Assembly (NCBI GenBank): GCA_038065315.1
Contig: JBBTRF010000001.1
Coordinates: 464,458-528,457, forward strand
DNA: 64,000 bases
Reading direction: 5' to 3'
From: Patescibacteria group bacterium
Lineage (GTDB): Bacteria; Patescibacteriota; Minisyncoccia; Phycocordibacterales; JBBTRF01
Below the pieces are notes generated by a model. The model saw nothing but the letters and a program-made list of their open reading frames with translations. It was not told where the DNA came from and searched no databases. Below, piece after piece: positions 54,488 to 64,000 of this stretch (its first letter is position 1; each line of letters starts with the position of its first letter). Both the position numbers and the translations under genes were made by a program.

Positions 54488-55710
54488 GAGGTTTTAATCT
54501 TTCTTAATATCACAAGGCCGATGACGATAAGAACCATGAGAGAAAGCATTCCTGTTTGATAGCCGCGCGCGCCTTCGCCCATAGTGATGAGAGCGATGCT
54601 CCACACTGCAGGACCGACGAAAGTCGCAAAACGTTCAGCGACCACATAGTAACTAAAAGAAGACGCCACAAGATGCGTCGGCGCAAGCTCCCCCACCAAG
54701 GCGCGACTGATGCCCCACACTGGTCCATACAATATTCCGGCAAACAAAAAGACTGGGATCAGAGCCTTGAAACTCGTGATGAGGGCCATTGCTAAGAAAA
54801 TAAAACACCAAATGACGAGGATCCATTTCAATACCTTGAGCTTTCCTTTCTTGTCAGCGATCCTGCCGAAGACAACTGCACCAATAGCAGCGAGAATGAG
54901 GATACTTGCTGTGAGGAGAGATTTTGTCGTGTCGCTAGCGCCATGAACCATTTCCAGATATAGAGGAAAATTATTGGCAAAGGTCAGCATCGCATCACTG
55001 AAGAGGAAGTAAGCGAGCAGAAGGAACATAAGCGGCTTGTAGCTGAACACCTCCTTGCACAAGGAGAGGATACTTGGTTGTGGTCTAGCCTGATCCGTGG
55101 CTGGAGATACTTGAGAAGTCTCTTTTTCCTCTCGATACAGAAACAACATCGGCAGTGCAAGCAAGCCGAAGAGGATAGTCGCCGGAAACAGCGCCTGAGC
55201 ACGGCCAGGGTCACCAAAGAGCGTCAGACCGTTCACGAAAGGAAGGGTTACGAGCACTCCGACCACTAGACCAATCGAGTTGGCTCCCTGGCCGATACCA
55301 GATACCTGCGAACGGTTCCCTTCATTCGAAAGGTCATTTAGCATCGGTGTGAAGTAGGAAAAGCAGACCATGTAGGCATAGTTCGCGAGTGTATACAAGA
55401 CGGTGGCTAGAAGTTCTCGACCATCGGTGAGCATCGTTAGCAAAGAAACAACGATGAAGCCTGCAAAAGAAAGTGCTGTCCACCATCGAAGGCCCTTTAT
55501 TTTAACCTTGGTCGCATCAATCGCCCTGCTGATGACCGGTGCTGTGAGAATAAAAAGCCCTGAAGAAAGCGCGAGGGATAAGTTGTACCACCACGCAGGT
55601 TTCCCTTGATCAATCACGAGCCATTGCGAGAAATAGAAGAGGAACGCCATCAAGACGATGGAATTTGCGAAATCGTAGAGAGACCAGAGAAAAATGCGTT
55701 TCTTGTCCAT
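54484..55710 (-). CDS. MFS transporter (12 TM)
   Basis: 408 aa, highly hydrophobic, with the MFS loop 2-3 motif region (...GRIADKKGK...). Confidence 0.8.
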   Translation of the reverse strand: MDKKRIFLWSLYDFANSIVLMAFLFYFSQWLVIDQGKPAWWYNLSLALSSGLFILTAPVISRAIDATKVKIKGLRWWTALSFAGFIVVSLLTMLTDGRELLATVLYTLANYAYMVCFSYFTPMLNDLSNEGNRSQVSGIGQGANSIGLVVGVLVTLPFVNGLTLFGDPGRAQALFPATILFGLLALPMLFLYREEKETSQVSPATDQARPQPSILSLCKEVFSYKPLMFLLLAYFLFSDAMLTFANNFPLYLEMVHGASDTTKSLLTASILILAAIGAVVFGRIADKKGKLKVLKWILVIWCFIFLAMALITSFKALIPVFLFAGILYGPVWGISRALVGELAPTHLVASSFSYYVVAERFATFVGPAVWSIALITMGEGARGYQTGMLSLMVLIVIGLVILRKIKTS

Positions 55711-55761
55711 ACATCAATATTAGCGCACATACTAGACTTTGGAAACATCTACTGCTGTGAG

Positions 55762-55835
55762 TGGTGCGGGATGGGGGAATCGAACTCCCGACAACAGTTT
55801 GGAAAACTGTAGTTTTACCACTAAACTAATCCCGC
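55762..55835 (-). tRNA. tRNA-Trp (anticodon CCA), CCA 3' end encoded
   Basis: Reverse complement GCGGGATTAGTTTAGTGGTAAAACTACAGTTTTCCAAACTGTTGTCGGGAGTTCGATTCCCCCATCCCGCACCA forms a cloverleaf with anticodon loop TTCCAAA. Confidence 0.85.
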
Positions 55836-55927
55836 ATATACTGCGTGCTTTCTAAACGAATCGCGAACCGACCCTGATACTAGCAAAAAAAGAGGCGCAT
55901 GAAAAGGAGGTAGGATATAATGTCCCA

Positions 55928-57226
55928 ATGGAAGCTTTTATCGATCAGGCGGCCAAAGTGATCATGTCTCTCGTCTTCGGTGTGGTTACATTTGTCCAAA
56001 CGACGTTACCGATGGCAACCAGCACTCATCCCCCCTACCAACCAAAGACGCCGGCTGCGGTGGTGAAGGAAATGGAGAAGGCGACCACGACGACCGTCGT
56101 GAAAGCCGACACTGTTGTCGAAATTGTCGAGATCGCCGAACCTGTCGCGACATCGACAGAAACCATCGTCCCAAAAACTCACGAGACTGTCGTTGTTCCT
56201 GCGCCCACAGCTCCAAAACCTGCGGCGAAACCTGCAACACCGCCGAAGCCGACACCAGTAGTAACGCCTGCAGTCGTAGCGACTCCACCAAAAAACACCG
56301 CTCTCACCGATTCGGCAATAACCGCCCTCGCCACCACTTCGCTGAAAGCTGGCCCACTCACCTTCGACGACATCAACACCCTCACCCGCGAGGCGCTCGT
56401 AAATATTCTCTGCTACACGCAAACGAGCGGACCGATCAGTCCGATCACCGGCTCCGGTGTCATCATCGACCCGCGCGGTGTGATCCTCACCAACGCGCAC
56501 ATTGCGCAGTATTTTTTACTGAAAGATTATGGAATGAAAGACTACGTCTCTTGCAATATCCGCACCGGCAATCCGGCAGTGCCGAAATACAAAGCCACCC
56601 TTTTGTACATTTCGCCGCGCTGGGTGAAAAACAATTCTGACAACATCAAGCGGCAGGAGGCCAAGGGCACCGGCGAGGACGATTTTGCTTTCCTCATCAT
56701 CGACCGAGGTCTCAATGCCGAGCAGAAACTTCCCTCCTCCTTCCCCTACCTCCCCATTGATAGCATCGAACATGACTACGCCAACGAGTCGGTACTAGTG
56801 GCCGGATACGGAGCGGGCTTTTTGGGCGGTGAAGAAATCCAGCGCAACTTATACGGCATCTCTGCGATCGCGACAGTGAAGGAGATGCTCAGCTACAGCG
56901 GCAGCACCCTCGACTATCTCAATATCAACGGCAATGCCGTGGCGCAACGCGGCTCTTCCGGTGGCGCGGTGGTAGACAGCAAGGGCGCGCTGGTGGGAGT
57001 GATCAGCACTGTGTCTTCTGGCACGCAGACAGACACGCGCGAGCTTGGCAGCATCGGCCTTTCGCACATCAATGACAGTTTGTTGAAACAATCCGGCTCG
57101 GACATCCCATCATTTTTGAATACCAACCTCACAGAAAAAGCCGCGCAATTCAACTCGCTCATCGCACCGACACTGGTTAACGTCCTGTTAAAATCAATTG
57201 GCAGCGACACACCGGCGAGGTACTAG
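55928..57226 (+). CDS. Membrane-anchored trypsin-like (S1/S1C-fold) serine protease with a Pro/Thr/Ala-rich linker
   Basis: N-terminal TM helix and low-complexity linker; catalytic His (ILTNAHIAQY) and Ser (GSSGGAVVDSKGALVGVIS) regions. Confidence 0.75.
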   Translation: MEAFIDQAAKVIMSLVFGVVTFVQTTLPMATSTHPPYQPKTPAAVVKEMEKATTTTVVKADTVVEIVEIAEPVATSTETIVPKTHETVVVPAPTAPKPAAKPATPPKPTPVVTPAVVATPPKNTALTDSAITALATTSLKAGPLTFDDINTLTREALVNILCYTQTSGPISPITGSGVIIDPRGVILTNAHIAQYFLLKDYGMKDYVSCNIRTGNPAVPKYKATLLYISPRWVKNNSDNIKRQEAKGTGEDDFAFLIIDRGLNAEQKLPSSFPYLPIDSIEHDYANESVLVAGYGAGFLGGEEIQRNLYGISAIATVKEMLSYSGSTLDYLNINGNAVAQRGSSGGAVVDSKGALVGVISTVSSGTQTDTRELGSIGLSHINDSLLKQSGSDIPSFLNTNLTEKAAQFNSLIAPTLVNVLLKSIGSDTPARY

Positions 57227-57262
57227 CAAAAGCCCGCGAAGTGTAGGACGAAATCGTGCCGG

Positions 57263-57580
57263 CTATTTTTTCTGCGAGTCCACAAATTGCTTTTGAATCC
57301 GGAGAATTTCGTCAAAAGAATCGTTCGAAGAGGTGCGATTGCGGCGCTCGGTGCCGCAGCGAGTACAGACATGATAGAGGACGTACTCGCTTTTTTGCGT
57401 TTCAATGCGTGCTGGCTTCATCATGCCGAGACACGGATTCGCCCGATCGCCAGGCTGAATATCGACGTGCTTCGCCCAAAGACATGCTGGGCAGTGATTG
57501 GTGTAGCCATTCCCTTTCACTGCCGCGCCACAATGTTCACAGGTGAAGTCTTCGATCTTTCGGATAAAGATTTTTGCCAT
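57263..57580 (-). CDS. RNHCP-domain protein
   Basis: 105 aa; ...CEHCGAAVKGNGYTNHCPACLWAKHVD... is the RNHCP signature, with two further Cys pairs. Confidence 0.7.
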   Translation of the reverse strand: MAKIFIRKIEDFTCEHCGAAVKGNGYTNHCPACLWAKHVDIQPGDRANPCLGMMKPARIETQKSEYVLYHVCTRCGTERRNRTSSNDSFDEILRIQKQFVDSQKK

Positions 57581-57633
57581 ACAGCGAGCATACGCTAGTC
57601 AGACTTTTTTCTCAACTTTTTTGCCACTTCGCT

Positions 57634-58569
57634 CTATTTTTTCGCCAAGGAAACGGTCGCGCCGAGAATATGCAGGAAGCCTTCTTGTGCGAGCGTTGTG
57701 ATATTTGTATCAATGTCTCTTTGAGTGACCTTGAGAGTCTTCGGGGATTTTGGTGTCAAGATATTTTTTCGCACACCATTCAAAAGGACTTTCTTTGTGC
57801 AACCATTCACATATTCGGGCCTGGCAAGGACAGCCAAGATCGCTCCTCTCACCTGCCGATTCGAACCGACAAATGCTGATTGTCTTTTATACCCCTTGCC
57901 CTGGCGATTGGGATTCTCTACAACACCCTTCAACATAGAGCCGTAGTCCATAAGGGCGTAATACCATTCTCGCGGGCCACTTCGAGAAGTATTTTGCACC
58001 CGTCCCCTATCCGACTCTGGTAACATCCTCTCTACCAAAGCGAGAATGTCCATATCAGACACTTTCGTTTGACCTTTAAAAAAGCGGTGGATGAAGACTC
58101 GTCGAATATTTGTCTCGATAAAAGACACGCGAACATTCCAAGCGAAGGCGGAAATCGAACAAGCTGTGGCATAGCCGATGTGCGGCAGTGCATCAAGCTC
58201 TTCCACTGAAAGTTTCGGTAGGGTGTAGTGCCATTTCTCCCCGGCTAGTGCCGCAATCTTTTTCAGCGCGAGCGCACGACGATTGTAGCCGAGACCCCGC
58301 CAAACAGCGATCACCTCTGCGACTGAAGCCCTGTCGAGCGTCTCGAATGTCGGAAACTTCTCGATAAACTCTTGATACTTCCCCACCACCCAGCTCGCCT
58401 GCGTCTGCTGAAGCATCAGCTCGGAAACGAGAATTTTGTATGGATCTCCGTAATGTTCCGGACGACGCCATGGAAAATCCCGCTTGTTTCGAGCGTAATA
58501 CTGCCAAATCTCCTTCTGGAATTGCTGAATCTGCTTCTGCGATATGCTTTTTGGTCGCACTGGTCGCAT
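57634..58569 (-). CDS. HhH-GPD superfamily DNA glycosylase (MutY/Nth-like) lacking the Fe-S cluster cysteine motif
   Basis: 311 aa with ...YKILVSELMLQQTQ..., an HhH region (LPHIGYATACSI) and no C-x6-C-x2-C-x5-C motif. Confidence 0.7.
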   Translation of the reverse strand: MRPVRPKSISQKQIQQFQKEIWQYYARNKRDFPWRRPEHYGDPYKILVSELMLQQTQASWVVGKYQEFIEKFPTFETLDRASVAEVIAVWRGLGYNRRALALKKIAALAGEKWHYTLPKLSVEELDALPHIGYATACSISAFAWNVRVSFIETNIRRVFIHRFFKGQTKVSDMDILALVERMLPESDRGRVQNTSRSGPREWYYALMDYGSMLKGVVENPNRQGKGYKRQSAFVGSNRQVRGAILAVLARPEYVNGCTKKVLLNGVRKNILTPKSPKTLKVTQRDIDTNITTLAQEGFLHILGATVSLAKK

Positions 58570-58579
58570 TTGTTATCTG

Positions 58580-58652
58580 TCGGGGCGCAGGGATTCGAAC
58601 CCTGAGTCGCCTGTTCCCAAAACAGGAATGTTAGCCGTTACACCACGCCCCG
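58580..58652 (-). tRNA. tRNA-Pro (anticodon TGG), no encoded CCA
   Basis: Reverse complement CGGGGCGTGGTGTAACGGCTAACATTCCTGTTTTGGGAACAGGCGACTCAGGGTTCGAATCCCTGCGCCCCGA has a 7-bp acceptor stem and anticodon loop TTTGGGA. Confidence 0.85.
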
Positions 58653-58757
58653 ATATTTCTTTTTTACTGCCGAGCTTCACCATACTAGCACAGGAGTCTA
58701 GCAACTTCAATGGAATTGCGTGAATTCGGGACGCAGCCACGCATACTAAGAACAAAT

Positions 58758-59207
58758 CTACAGTACTGGGATAAAAGAAACCCTCGCGAGCCGTGTTTCG
58801 CTATTTAGCAGCACAGAGATCACTCCTAGTCGCCAAGGTGTTTCTTGTGAAACACCCTTCTGGTCCAGGTATATGGTGATTGTCCTATAGAGCTTCGCCA
58901 ACTTTCTTCGATCCACCTGTTCTTCTGGGCGAAATCCTCCAGAACCAAGTTCATTACCCCACTCAGCACAAGGAAAGGATCCCACGGATAAAGTCTTCAC
59001 TTCAAAGAACCAGAGGGTGCCGGTGGATGTTTCATGTGCAACAATGTCAATTTCCCCACACTTTTGACGAAAGTTAGCCTCAAAACGACTAAAACCACGT
59101 TTCACAAGGAACATTTTGGCGATTTTCTCACCTAATTGCCCTGTTTCTGAGGTATTTTTCTTTTTTTGTGGTATTTGCATATTTGGTTTCACGTGAAACG
59201 TTTTCAT
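58758..59207 (-). CDS. YraN/UPF0102-family predicted endonuclease
   Basis: ...GQLGEKIAKMFLVKRGFSRFEANFRQKCGEIDIVAHE...LWFFEVKT... pattern; the N-terminal start is uncertain. Confidence 0.6.
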   Translation of the reverse strand: MKTFHVKPNMQIPQKKKNTSETGQLGEKIAKMFLVKRGFSRFEANFRQKCGEIDIVAHETSTGTLWFFEVKTLSVGSFPCAEWGNELGSGGFRPEEQVDRRKLAKLYRTITIYLDQKGVSQETPWRLGVISVLLNSETRLARVSFIPVL

Positions 59208-59536
59208 TTTTACTCTCGGACATGCTCTTAAGCTCTGTAATTATCCTTTATACTAGCCATATTTCTGAGAAATTAAGCATAAAAATGTGTGCCTTATCGG
59301 ACTTTTATAGCCATATTTTGACCTCAAAAAGACTGTCCTTTATACACACTGTGCACATAGTTATCCACAGTTACGTCAATAGGGGCAGATTGAATACCCT
59401 TTGTTTTGATTGGACATTTTTGAGGAACAGACTCGGAATTCGCCGACGATCTACTACCTACCCACCGGCCTTCCATCAGCCATCTAAGGGACATTTCCTA
59501 CACCACCCTGTAGTCTTTACTAAGTCTTTTGCTTTG

Positions 59537-59607
59537 TGCGGTCAGAGAGAATCGAACTCTCATCTCAACCTTGGCAAGGTCGTGTTCTACCACTAAACCA
59601 TGACCGC
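59537..59607 (-). tRNA. tRNA-Gly (anticodon GCC), no encoded CCA
   Basis: Reverse complement GCGGTCATGGTTTAGTGGTAGAACACGACCTTGCCAAGGTTGAGATGAGAGTTCGATTCTCTCTGACCGCA; anticodon loop TTGCCAA. Confidence 0.85.
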
Positions 59608-59706
59608 AGTGCGACTATTTTACCTCACTTGCAGAAAAATTCAACAAGTCCGTGTGCGTCGAGCACATATCTCCTGCAAAAGGGGACATGGTCGACGCGC
59701 TACAGG

Positions 59707-59778
59707 TGCACCCATCAGGACTCGAACCTGAACTAACGGTTCCGAAGACCGTTGTGATATCCGTTTCACTATAGGTGC
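59707..59778 (-). tRNA. tRNA-Arg (anticodon TCG), no complete CCA (ACCT follows)
   Basis: Reverse complement GCACCTATAGTGAAACGGATATCACAACGGTCTTCGGAACCGTTAGTTCAGGTTCGAGTCCTGATGGGTGCA; anticodon loop CTTCGGA. Confidence 0.75.
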
Positions 59779-59860
59779 AAACAAATGCATCATACTCTAA
59801 AATTAGCTAAAACACAAAAGCTGTACTAAAATATAGCGACGAACAATCCTCTCAAGTAAC

Positions 59861-61333
59861 ATGAAAAAAGCGTCATTCTCAATACCAAAAGAAGTTTCAC
59901 GTGTCACCGAAACGCTAGAAAAGGCTAATTTAAAGGCTTTTTTGGTGGGTGGTTGCGTGCGTGACCTGCTCAGCGGAAAAAAACCGAAAGATTGGGATGT
60001 GACCACAGACGCGACTCCGGAGCAGATCATTGCGCTTTTCCCTGACACTTTCTACGAAAATACCTATGGCACCGTGGGGGTAGTGAACAAAGAAGAGGGG
60101 ATTGATGAGACTCTCAAGGTAATCGAAGTGACACCGTTCCGCCTCGAAGCCGACTACTCCGATGGTCGCCGCCCAGACCACGTCACCTTCAGCAAAAATA
60201 TCAAAGACGACCTCAAGCGCCGCGATTTCACCTTCAACGCTATCGCGCTCAGCTCGAAAGGGGAGATTGTGGATCTTTTTAAAGGACAGGACGATCTCAA
60301 AGCTCGCACCATTCGCGCTGTGGGCAACGCAGACGAACGTTTCAAGGAGGATGCACTCCGCATCCTGCGAGCAGTGCGAATTGCGACTGAGCACGATTTT
60401 AGCATCGTAAAGGACACGGAGAATGCGATCCGTGCTGATGTCCATATGCTGAAGAATATCTCCCAGGAGCGTATCCGCGACGAATTCAATCGTATTTTGA
60501 TGTCTTCGGAACCGATGAAGGGTCTCGTAATGGCTCAAAGCTTGGGTATTTTGAAATATATCGCTTCGGAACTTGAGCTTGCCATCGGCGTAGAGCAGAA
60601 TCAGGCACACGCCTATACCGTCTGGGAACATCTCTTGCGATCCATGCAGCACGCTGCCGACAAGAAATGGCCGCTGGAAATCCGTATCGCGGCTCTATTC
60701 CATGATATTTCTAAACCGGAGACGCGCCGCAAAGGCCCAAAAGGGGAGTGGACTTTCTATGGCCACGAGGTGGTTGGTTCACGTGTAACCAAGAAAATCC
60801 TTGAACGACTCAAGTATTCCAACGATATCATCGAAAAAGTCACCAAATTGGTACGCTGGCACATGTTTTTCAGTGACACCGAGCAGATCAGCCTGTCTGC
60901 AGTGCGTCGTATGGTGAATAACGTTGGTCAGGAAGACATCTGGAACCTCATGAACGTCCGTATTTGCGACCGTATCGGCACTGGGCGACCAAAAGAGAAC
61001 CCGTATCGACTGCGGAAGTATCACGCCATGATCGAAGAAGCCTTGCGCGATCCGATTTCTGTCGGGATGCTGAAGATAAATGGCGGCATTCTCATAAAAG
61101 AGCTCGATTTAGCGCCCGGACCGAAGATTGGCTTCATCTTGCATGCCCTACTCGAGGAAGTACTCGAAGATCCGAAGCTGAACACTGCAGAATATTTAAA
61201 AGAAAAGGCCCAAAAGCTCGCTCTTTTGCCTGAAGCCGACCTACAAAAGCTTGGTGCCGCTGGAAAAGATTCAAAAATGAAGGCGGACGAAGAGCTTGTA
61301 GCTGAAATACGCAAGAAACACTGGGTGGAATAG
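59861..61333 (+). CDS. cca: CCA-adding tRNA nucleotidyltransferase with a C-terminal HD domain
   Basis: 490 aa; N-terminal LVGGCVRDLL...DWD (polymerase-beta-type head); HD motif LFHDISKP. Confidence 0.85.
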   Translation: MKKASFSIPKEVSRVTETLEKANLKAFLVGGCVRDLLSGKKPKDWDVTTDATPEQIIALFPDTFYENTYGTVGVVNKEEGIDETLKVIEVTPFRLEADYSDGRRPDHVTFSKNIKDDLKRRDFTFNAIALSSKGEIVDLFKGQDDLKARTIRAVGNADERFKEDALRILRAVRIATEHDFSIVKDTENAIRADVHMLKNISQERIRDEFNRILMSSEPMKGLVMAQSLGILKYIASELELAIGVEQNQAHAYTVWEHLLRSMQHAADKKWPLEIRIAALFHDISKPETRRKGPKGEWTFYGHEVVGSRVTKKILERLKYSNDIIEKVTKLVRWHMFFSDTEQISLSAVRRMVNNVGQEDIWNLMNVRICDRIGTGRPKENPYRLRKYHAMIEEALRDPISVGMLKINGGILIKELDLAPGPKIGFILHALLEEVLEDPKLNTAEYLKEKAQKLALLPEADLQKLGAAGKDSKMKADEELVAEIRKKHWVE

Positions 61334-62003
61334 GGAATTCAACCAACAAAAAACCGCCACAGCGAGAGTACTGCGAGCGGTTCGAAGACCGCTACGAACA
61401 ATGGGTAGGACGACGAGTGAAGTTGATCTGCTGCGAAAGTGATTGCCTTCTTGGGTTAAAATAGTCCGTAAAGGACTTAAAAGGTTTGTGAAGGAATACT
61501 TTTACTACATTGACGACTCCAAAATGTCCACCGGAAAGTTCCGTTTGGCCTTCTAGATTACGAGCGTTGTTACTCGTGTGATTGTAGAAGAGCAGTTGCC
61601 AGTTGTGGGTAAGATTCGGACCTTGGTTCCCAATCTATTTTGTCCCGATCAATTTCTGGCCTGGAGTGATTGTATGTCCTTTATAAAATGCTGTAAAGGA
61701 CATGGTGTGGATAACTTACTTGTGATGTCCTTTATCAGGCGTACAATTACTATCAGTCGGTCAATCCTGGAGGACAATTATGGCGAAAAGATCTGTAAAT
61801 GTGAGGAAGCCAGCGAGAAGATTGCTGTGCATCCCTCGGAGTCCACTATGGGCAAGCGCTCTGCGAGTCGGTTCTCTCGAACCGTCGCGCGCACCCATTC
61901 ATTGCAGGGACTAGAAACCCCTGCCCAGACGAAACGAAAGCGGCGCCCCATGGACGCCGCTTTGTTTTTGTAAAAACTATTTTATTTTCTTTTTGCGAAA
62001 CAC

Positions 62004-62798
62004 CTACTCCACTTCCACCATCACTGGGCAATGATCCGAGCCCATCACTTCTGGGAGGATCGCAGCAGACTTCAGGCGCGGCAATAGAGCAGGGGAGATG
62101 AGTACGTAGTCAATACGCCAACCGACATTTCTCTCGCGGGCGTTGGCAAAATGAGACCACCAGGTGTAGAAGCCGTTGCCTTTGTGGAAGACGCGGAAGG
62201 TATCAATGAGACCAGCGTCGATGAAAGCCTGGAAGCCGGCCCGCTCTTCATCAGTGAAGCCTTTCAAGCCGACATTCTCCTTTGGTCGCGCCAAATCTTC
62301 TGGAGTGTGGGCGACATTGAGATCGCCGCAGAAGATCACGGGCTTTTTCTTCTCGAGCTGCTTGCAATATGCGAGAAAAGCGGGGTCCCACTGCTTGTGG
62401 CGCAAAGGAACGCGGCTCAGATCGTCCTTGGCGTTCGGCGTATAAACTGTGACGACATAAAAATCGGGGTATTCGGCAGCAATGACGCGGCCCTCAGTGA
62501 GCGGGTCGCCATACTCATCAGCGCAAAGCCCGTGCTTCTTCACGATCGCTTCAGGCAGGCCGTTCAAAACAGCGAGCGGCTTCTCTTTGGTGAAGATCGC
62601 CGTGCCAGAGTAGCCTTTTTTCTCAGCGGAGTTCCAATATTCGCTATATTCGGCCAGGTCCACCTCCGACTGGCTCTCCTGAGCCTTGGTTTCTTGCAAA
62701 CACAAAATATCCGGCTGATATTTTTCGACAAACGGCACAAACAAGCCCTTTTTGTGCACCGCGCGGATACCGTTCACATTCCAAGAGATGATTTTCAT
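62004..62798 (-). CDS. xth: Exodeoxyribonuclease III (AP endonuclease family)
   Basis: Start set at MKIISWNVNGIRA; motifs ...LCLQETK... and ...SDHCPVMVEVE at the C-terminus. Confidence 0.9.
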   Translation of the reverse strand: MKIISWNVNGIRAVHKKGLFVPFVEKYQPDILCLQETKAQESQSEVDLAEYSEYWNSAEKKGYSGTAIFTKEKPLAVLNGLPEAIVKKHGLCADEYGDPLTEGRVIAAEYPDFYVVTVYTPNAKDDLSRVPLRHKQWDPAFLAYCKQLEKKKPVIFCGDLNVAHTPEDLARPKENVGLKGFTDEERAGFQAFIDAGLIDTFRVFHKGNGFYTWWSHFANARERNVGWRIDYVLISPALLPRLKSAAILPEVMGSDHCPVMVEVE

Positions 62799-63201
62799 GG
62801 GGCAAATGATAGCATGAAACACTCGCACAAGGTTTTCACTATGCCTCATTGCGCCAATGTTCGATATTTGTCATAATTCTCACATGAACACACATGAATC
62901 AGTCGGCGACCAACCAAAATCAGCGCTTCAAGAAAAGCTCTCTGACTTGCCAAAAACTACCGCGGCCCTAGACGAAATATTCAACAGCGGCAAGATTGAA
63001 GGTTCTTTCGAGAACTTCGTGGCAAAAGTTTCCACTCCGGAAGATGTGAAATTGACGATGCAAATCGTCGAAAAATACCTCAATGCCTGCGAAGATAGCG
63101 ATGTGCGGATAAAAAATGCAGCAATCGCAGAAGTCGGGGCATTGATGGATCGTCTGTATAGCTAGTCCGGAGCCGAGAGAAAGTCGCCCTGCTCGCAGCG
63201 C

Positions 63202-63678
63202 CTATTTCATTCGCTCCAAAGAAGCGAGTGCGGCATCCTCCTTGGTCGTATCGAGACCGAGGCGTTCGAGATTGTCTCGAAAATCCTGGAGCTTCGCGAT
63301 CGCGGATGCCATATTCGACTCTTCGAGTGCCCTGTCACGCTTGCGCTCCTCAGCAGCAGCCTGAGCGGCCTGCTCCTCGCGAATGGAGCGCATGTCATTG
63401 GTGATGCCCTGAATTTCAACATCATCGGCGCACGCACGGCGGAGTGCTTCATTTAACAAATCGGTAAAAGCAAGAGAATCGTCTGCAGAAATCTCAGGGT
63501 CTGCAAGAAGGTCTTGCTTGAGCGCAGTTCTTCGCTTGTCCACAGCGGCGTCGAGATAACCTTTGAGAGTCTGATATGCGCCCTCTGGGTTATCTTCAAA
63601 CTTACCCGCGACCTCTGTGCGAATCGCATCGAGAGATGTCACATCGCTCTGTTCAAAACCTTTTCCTTCGGTTGCCAT
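63202..63678 (-). CDS. Hypothetical coiled-coil protein
   Basis: 158 aa, acidic, predicted helical; no family recognised. Confidence 0.4.
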   Translation of the reverse strand: MATEGKGFEQSDVTSLDAIRTEVAGKFEDNPEGAYQTLKGYLDAAVDKRRTALKQDLLADPEISADDSLAFTDLLNEALRRACADDVEIQGITNDMRSIREEQAAQAAAEERKRDRALEESNMASAIAKLQDFRDNLERLGLDTTKEDAALASLERMK

Positions 63679-63745
63679 GATGTTCGTGGATTATGTATGT
63701 AATGTAATAACGTATCCAAAGTATAGCGCGACGGGCGACTGTCCG

Positions 63746-64000
63746 CTACTTCCGATTATGAAACTTCTTGTGCACCTCGCGAAGCTGCTTGTCGGTGACG
63801 TGGGTGTAGATCTGGGTGGTTCCGATATTGGCATGGCCGAGCAGCATCTGCACGGAGCGGAGGTCGGCACCGTTTTGGAGGAGGTCGGTGGCGAAGCTGT
63901 GGCGGATGACGTGAGGCGTGACCTTCTTCGATATACCAGACTTCACACCGTAATGTTTGACGATGCGTTCCACCGAGCGGGCCGTAAGGCGGGTGGTGCT
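63746..64000 (-). CDS. Tyrosine site-specific recombinase XerC/XerD family (C-terminal catalytic part; gene continues beyond window end)
   Basis: ...[39 protein letters not shown]... contains the R-H-R-Y catalytic region consensus (HxxRHSFAT...LLGH...Y). Confidence 0.85.
   Translation of the reverse strand, partial: STTRLTARSVERIVKHYGVKSGISKKVTPHVIRHSFATDLLQNGADLRSVQMLLGHANIGTTQIYTHVTDKQLREVHKKFHNRK

Noticed and set aside
59339-59371. Perfect DnaA box TTATCCACA plus a nearby 8/9 match (TTATACACA) in an AT-rich spacer, considered as an oriC candidate
   Set aside because: A single perfect 9-mer is expected about once by chance in 64 kb on two strands. No dnaA or dnaN gene and no box cluster are present, so this is more likely a promoter region for the YraN-like gene.
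59930-60652. 240-aa minus-strand ORF
   Set aside because: Antisense to the cca gene.
61578-61973. Small plus-strand ORFs at 61578..61973 (131 aa), 62857..63165 (102 aa) and 42482..42658 (58 aa from internal Met)
   Set aside because: They have no homology, no clear Shine-Dalgarno sequence, and a composition that is not distinctive. They could be real small proteins but cannot be supported from sequence alone, so they are not listed as features.
1-64000. CRISPR arrays, rRNA genes and transposase/IS elements
   Set aside because: No regularly spaced direct repeats with unique spacers were found. There are no stretches with 16S/23S/5S signatures, and no ORF has transposase (DDE/HUH) motifs. The repeats present are the hairpin family and the short motifs described above.

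Overview
This 64-kb window looks like part of a small, gene-dense bacterial genome, and the gene content is consistent with a reduced Patescibacteria/CPR-type organism (inference only). The evidence for that guess is: a trigger factor without a PPIase domain, a giant secreted protein with a phage-tail-fibre S74 chaperone domain, type IV pilus and ComEC genes, and an encoded CCA-adding enzyme alongside tRNAs that mostly lack an encoded CCA. The backbone, on the minus strand, is the str/S10/spc ribosomal superoperon (rpsL-rpsG ... fusA ... tuf-rpsJ-rplCDWB ... rpsS-rplV-rpsC-rplP-rpmC-rpsQ-rplNXE-rpsZ-rpsH-rplF-rplR). It is broken into four pieces by accessory insertions. (1) A cassette between rplB and rpsS carries an APH-like kinase with an Asp-to-Asn change in the catalytic motif, an orphan DinJ-like antitoxin, a standalone NYN nuclease and structured repeats. 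(2) A 6.3-kb island between rpsG and fusA carries a DinJ-YafQ toxin-antitoxin pair, a tandem-duplicated membrane protein, two giant secreted repeat proteins and a LamG-domain protein. (3) A decaying liv ABC-transporter locus, a Phd-ParE toxin-antitoxin pair and a small plus-strand hypothetical gene (16235-16636, convergent) lie between fusA and tuf. The rest of the window holds housekeeping genes (folD, site-2 protease, rpmB, sod, a two-gene ComEC, rnhA, recJ, hit, pgk-tpiA, pilB-pilC, nusA, ppa, tig, rsmE, clpP, rny, hup, cca, xth), four minus-strand tRNAs (Trp, Pro, Gly, Arg) and a partial XerC/D-type recombinase at the 3' edge. The two findings I rate most novel are (a) a five-copy family of ~80-115-nt nested-hairpin intergenic repeats whose stems differ between copies but always stay complementary, and (b) a fused wHTH-GHKL ATPase-STAS(DUF4325) protein preceded by five helically phased ATTGTAAA direct repeats. 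No CRISPR array, rRNA gene or insertion sequence was found.
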